Assembly: GCA_964508365.1 (NCBI GenBank)
Contig: CAZDTP010000070.1
Coordinates: 1-16,794 of the forward strand
Source of the DNA: an uncultured archaeon
GTDB taxonomy: Archaea > Asgardarchaeota > Lokiarchaeia > Sigyniarchaeales > SOKP01
Reading direction: 5' to 3'
DNA length: 16,794 bases
In this document: positions 15,962 to 16,794 of the stretch, in pieces
Numbering within the stretch: the first letter of the stretch is position 1
How the letters are laid out: each line of letters opens with the position of its first letter
Made by a program: the position numbers and the translations under genes
The notes under the pieces: model-generated
Database searches by the model: none
What the model saw: only the letters and a program-made list of their open reading frames with translations
What the model was told of the DNA's origin: nothing

Positions 15962-16534
15962 ATGGAGCGTAGAGTTGTAATAAAATGGTTAAAAATCTTT
16001 AGTATTGGCTTTCTTATTCTTACCCTAGTTGGTTTAGTTGATCTCATTTTGATGAGTACAATTATTAATATAACTTTAGATAGCCAGCTATTTAATATTC
16101 TAACGATAATTTTTCAATCAGGCTTTATGTCTGTTCACGCAGCTTTATTATGGATTGTTTTACTCAGTATCTTTTGTGGCTTTATTGTTTTATCATACTC
16201 AATTTTTAATGTTGCTAATAAAAACACCATCGAAGATAGAATTCTTGCTAAATTTTTATTGCTTATCGGTTTATTTCTAATTATTGGCGGTTTTATTACT
16301 ATGAATTTCATAGTTCTATTAGGCAATAGTCATATCAATACTGGTATAACTTATATTACATTCCAAACCGCACTATTCTCGCCTTCGATTACTTCTGTTA
16401 TTGGAGCAATTATGTGGTTCTATAACACTGTTATGGTTTCTTGTTTCTTAACCTCTGGTTTAATTTTTGGCGGAATTGGTCTTAAATGGATGCTACTTAT
16501 CCAAGAGGAAGAATCCACTAATAATCAAATCTAA
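15962..16534 (+). CDS. Hypothetical membrane protein (~4 TM)
   Basis: 190-aa ORF with four hydrophobic segments and a short acidic tail. No family recognised. Confidence 0.8.
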   Translation: MERRVVIKWLKIFSIGFLILTLVGLVDLILMSTIINITLDSQLFNILTIIFQSGFMSVHAALLWIVLLSIFCGFIVLSYSIFNVANKNTIEDRILAKFLLLIGLFLIIGGFITMNFIVLLGNSHINTGITYITFQTALFSPSITSVIGAIMWFYNTVMVSCFLTSGLIFGGIGLKWMLLIQEEESTNNQI

Positions 16535-16644
16535 TTTTTAACTTAATTATTCAGATTCTTAAAATAAATAAAAACAGTATCAAAGGATTTTGAAATCTGA
16601 ATCTTAATGATCTGTGACTTATTCTATTTAGTTTTACATCTTAA

Positions 16645-16794
16645 TTAATATTTGGAGGATTTAATTTTATATAATCTGATTTCTAGATCGTTTACCGCTA
16701 AATTTATTAGAAAGAAGTGATTATATTTATATTTGCCTCCAAGCAATATATTTCCAAATTTAGTTAAGATATCTGGAGTTAAATCACTTCTTTC
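16645..16794 (-). CDS. 3' end of a gene continuing beyond the window (...ERSDLTPDILTKFGNILLGGKYKYNHFFLINLAVNDLEIRLYKIKSSKY*)
   Basis: 49 uninterrupted codons from the window edge to a TAA, in DNA AT-rich enough that stops are frequent. Convergent with 15962-16534. Confidence 0.6.
   Translation of the reverse strand, partial: ERSDLTPDILTKFGNILLGGKYKYNHFFLINLAVNDLEIRLYKIKSSKY

Noticed and set aside
16135-16326. 63-aa minus-strand ORF
   Set aside because: Antisense shadow of the membrane protein gene.
15962-16534. CDC50-like beta subunit for the ATPases
   Set aside because: CDC50 has two TM helices with a large exoplasmic loop. This protein has about four TM helices and short loops.
16711-16793. 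12-bp inverted repeat AAAGAAGTGATT / AATCACTTCTTT
   Set aside because: Lies inside an apparent coding frame at the window edge and is plausible by chance. No element context is visible.

Overview
This 16.8-kb window is AT-rich (roughly 30% GC by eye) and looks archaeal. A TFIIB/TFB-like gene, TTTATAAA boxes and the gene-family mix suggest Asgard/Lokiarchaeia, but this is inference. Gene order: DUF1326 protein (-); ABC exporter ATPase plus a permease fused to a large, sequon-rich extracellular domain (+); a 5'-truncated DUF362-like fragment (+); two divergent LLM/F420-type oxidoreductases; a RimJ/RimL GNAT (-); a DUF998-like membrane gene split by a homopolymer frameshift (-); two tandem P-type ATPases (-); a divergent TFB-like factor (-); a 4-TM hypothetical protein (+); and the 3' end of a gene running off the right edge (-). 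I saw no rRNA, tRNA, CRISPR array, transposase or integrase. Two things stand out. (1) Both ATPases have an intact P2A-type catalytic core (TGES, DKTGT, GDGxND) but a rebuilt membrane site. M4 PEGLP becomes PIN[I/L]P, putting Ile at the gating Glu as in the PISL motif of eukaryotic P4 flippases, and M6 Asp800 becomes His in both copies. (2) The intergenic DNA holds unannotated 'gene-tail scars': diverged copies of the last 16-35 codons of neighbouring genes. These form direct repeats around 1.5-kb and 4-kb cargo blocks, as expected from repeated insertion into gene 3' ends.
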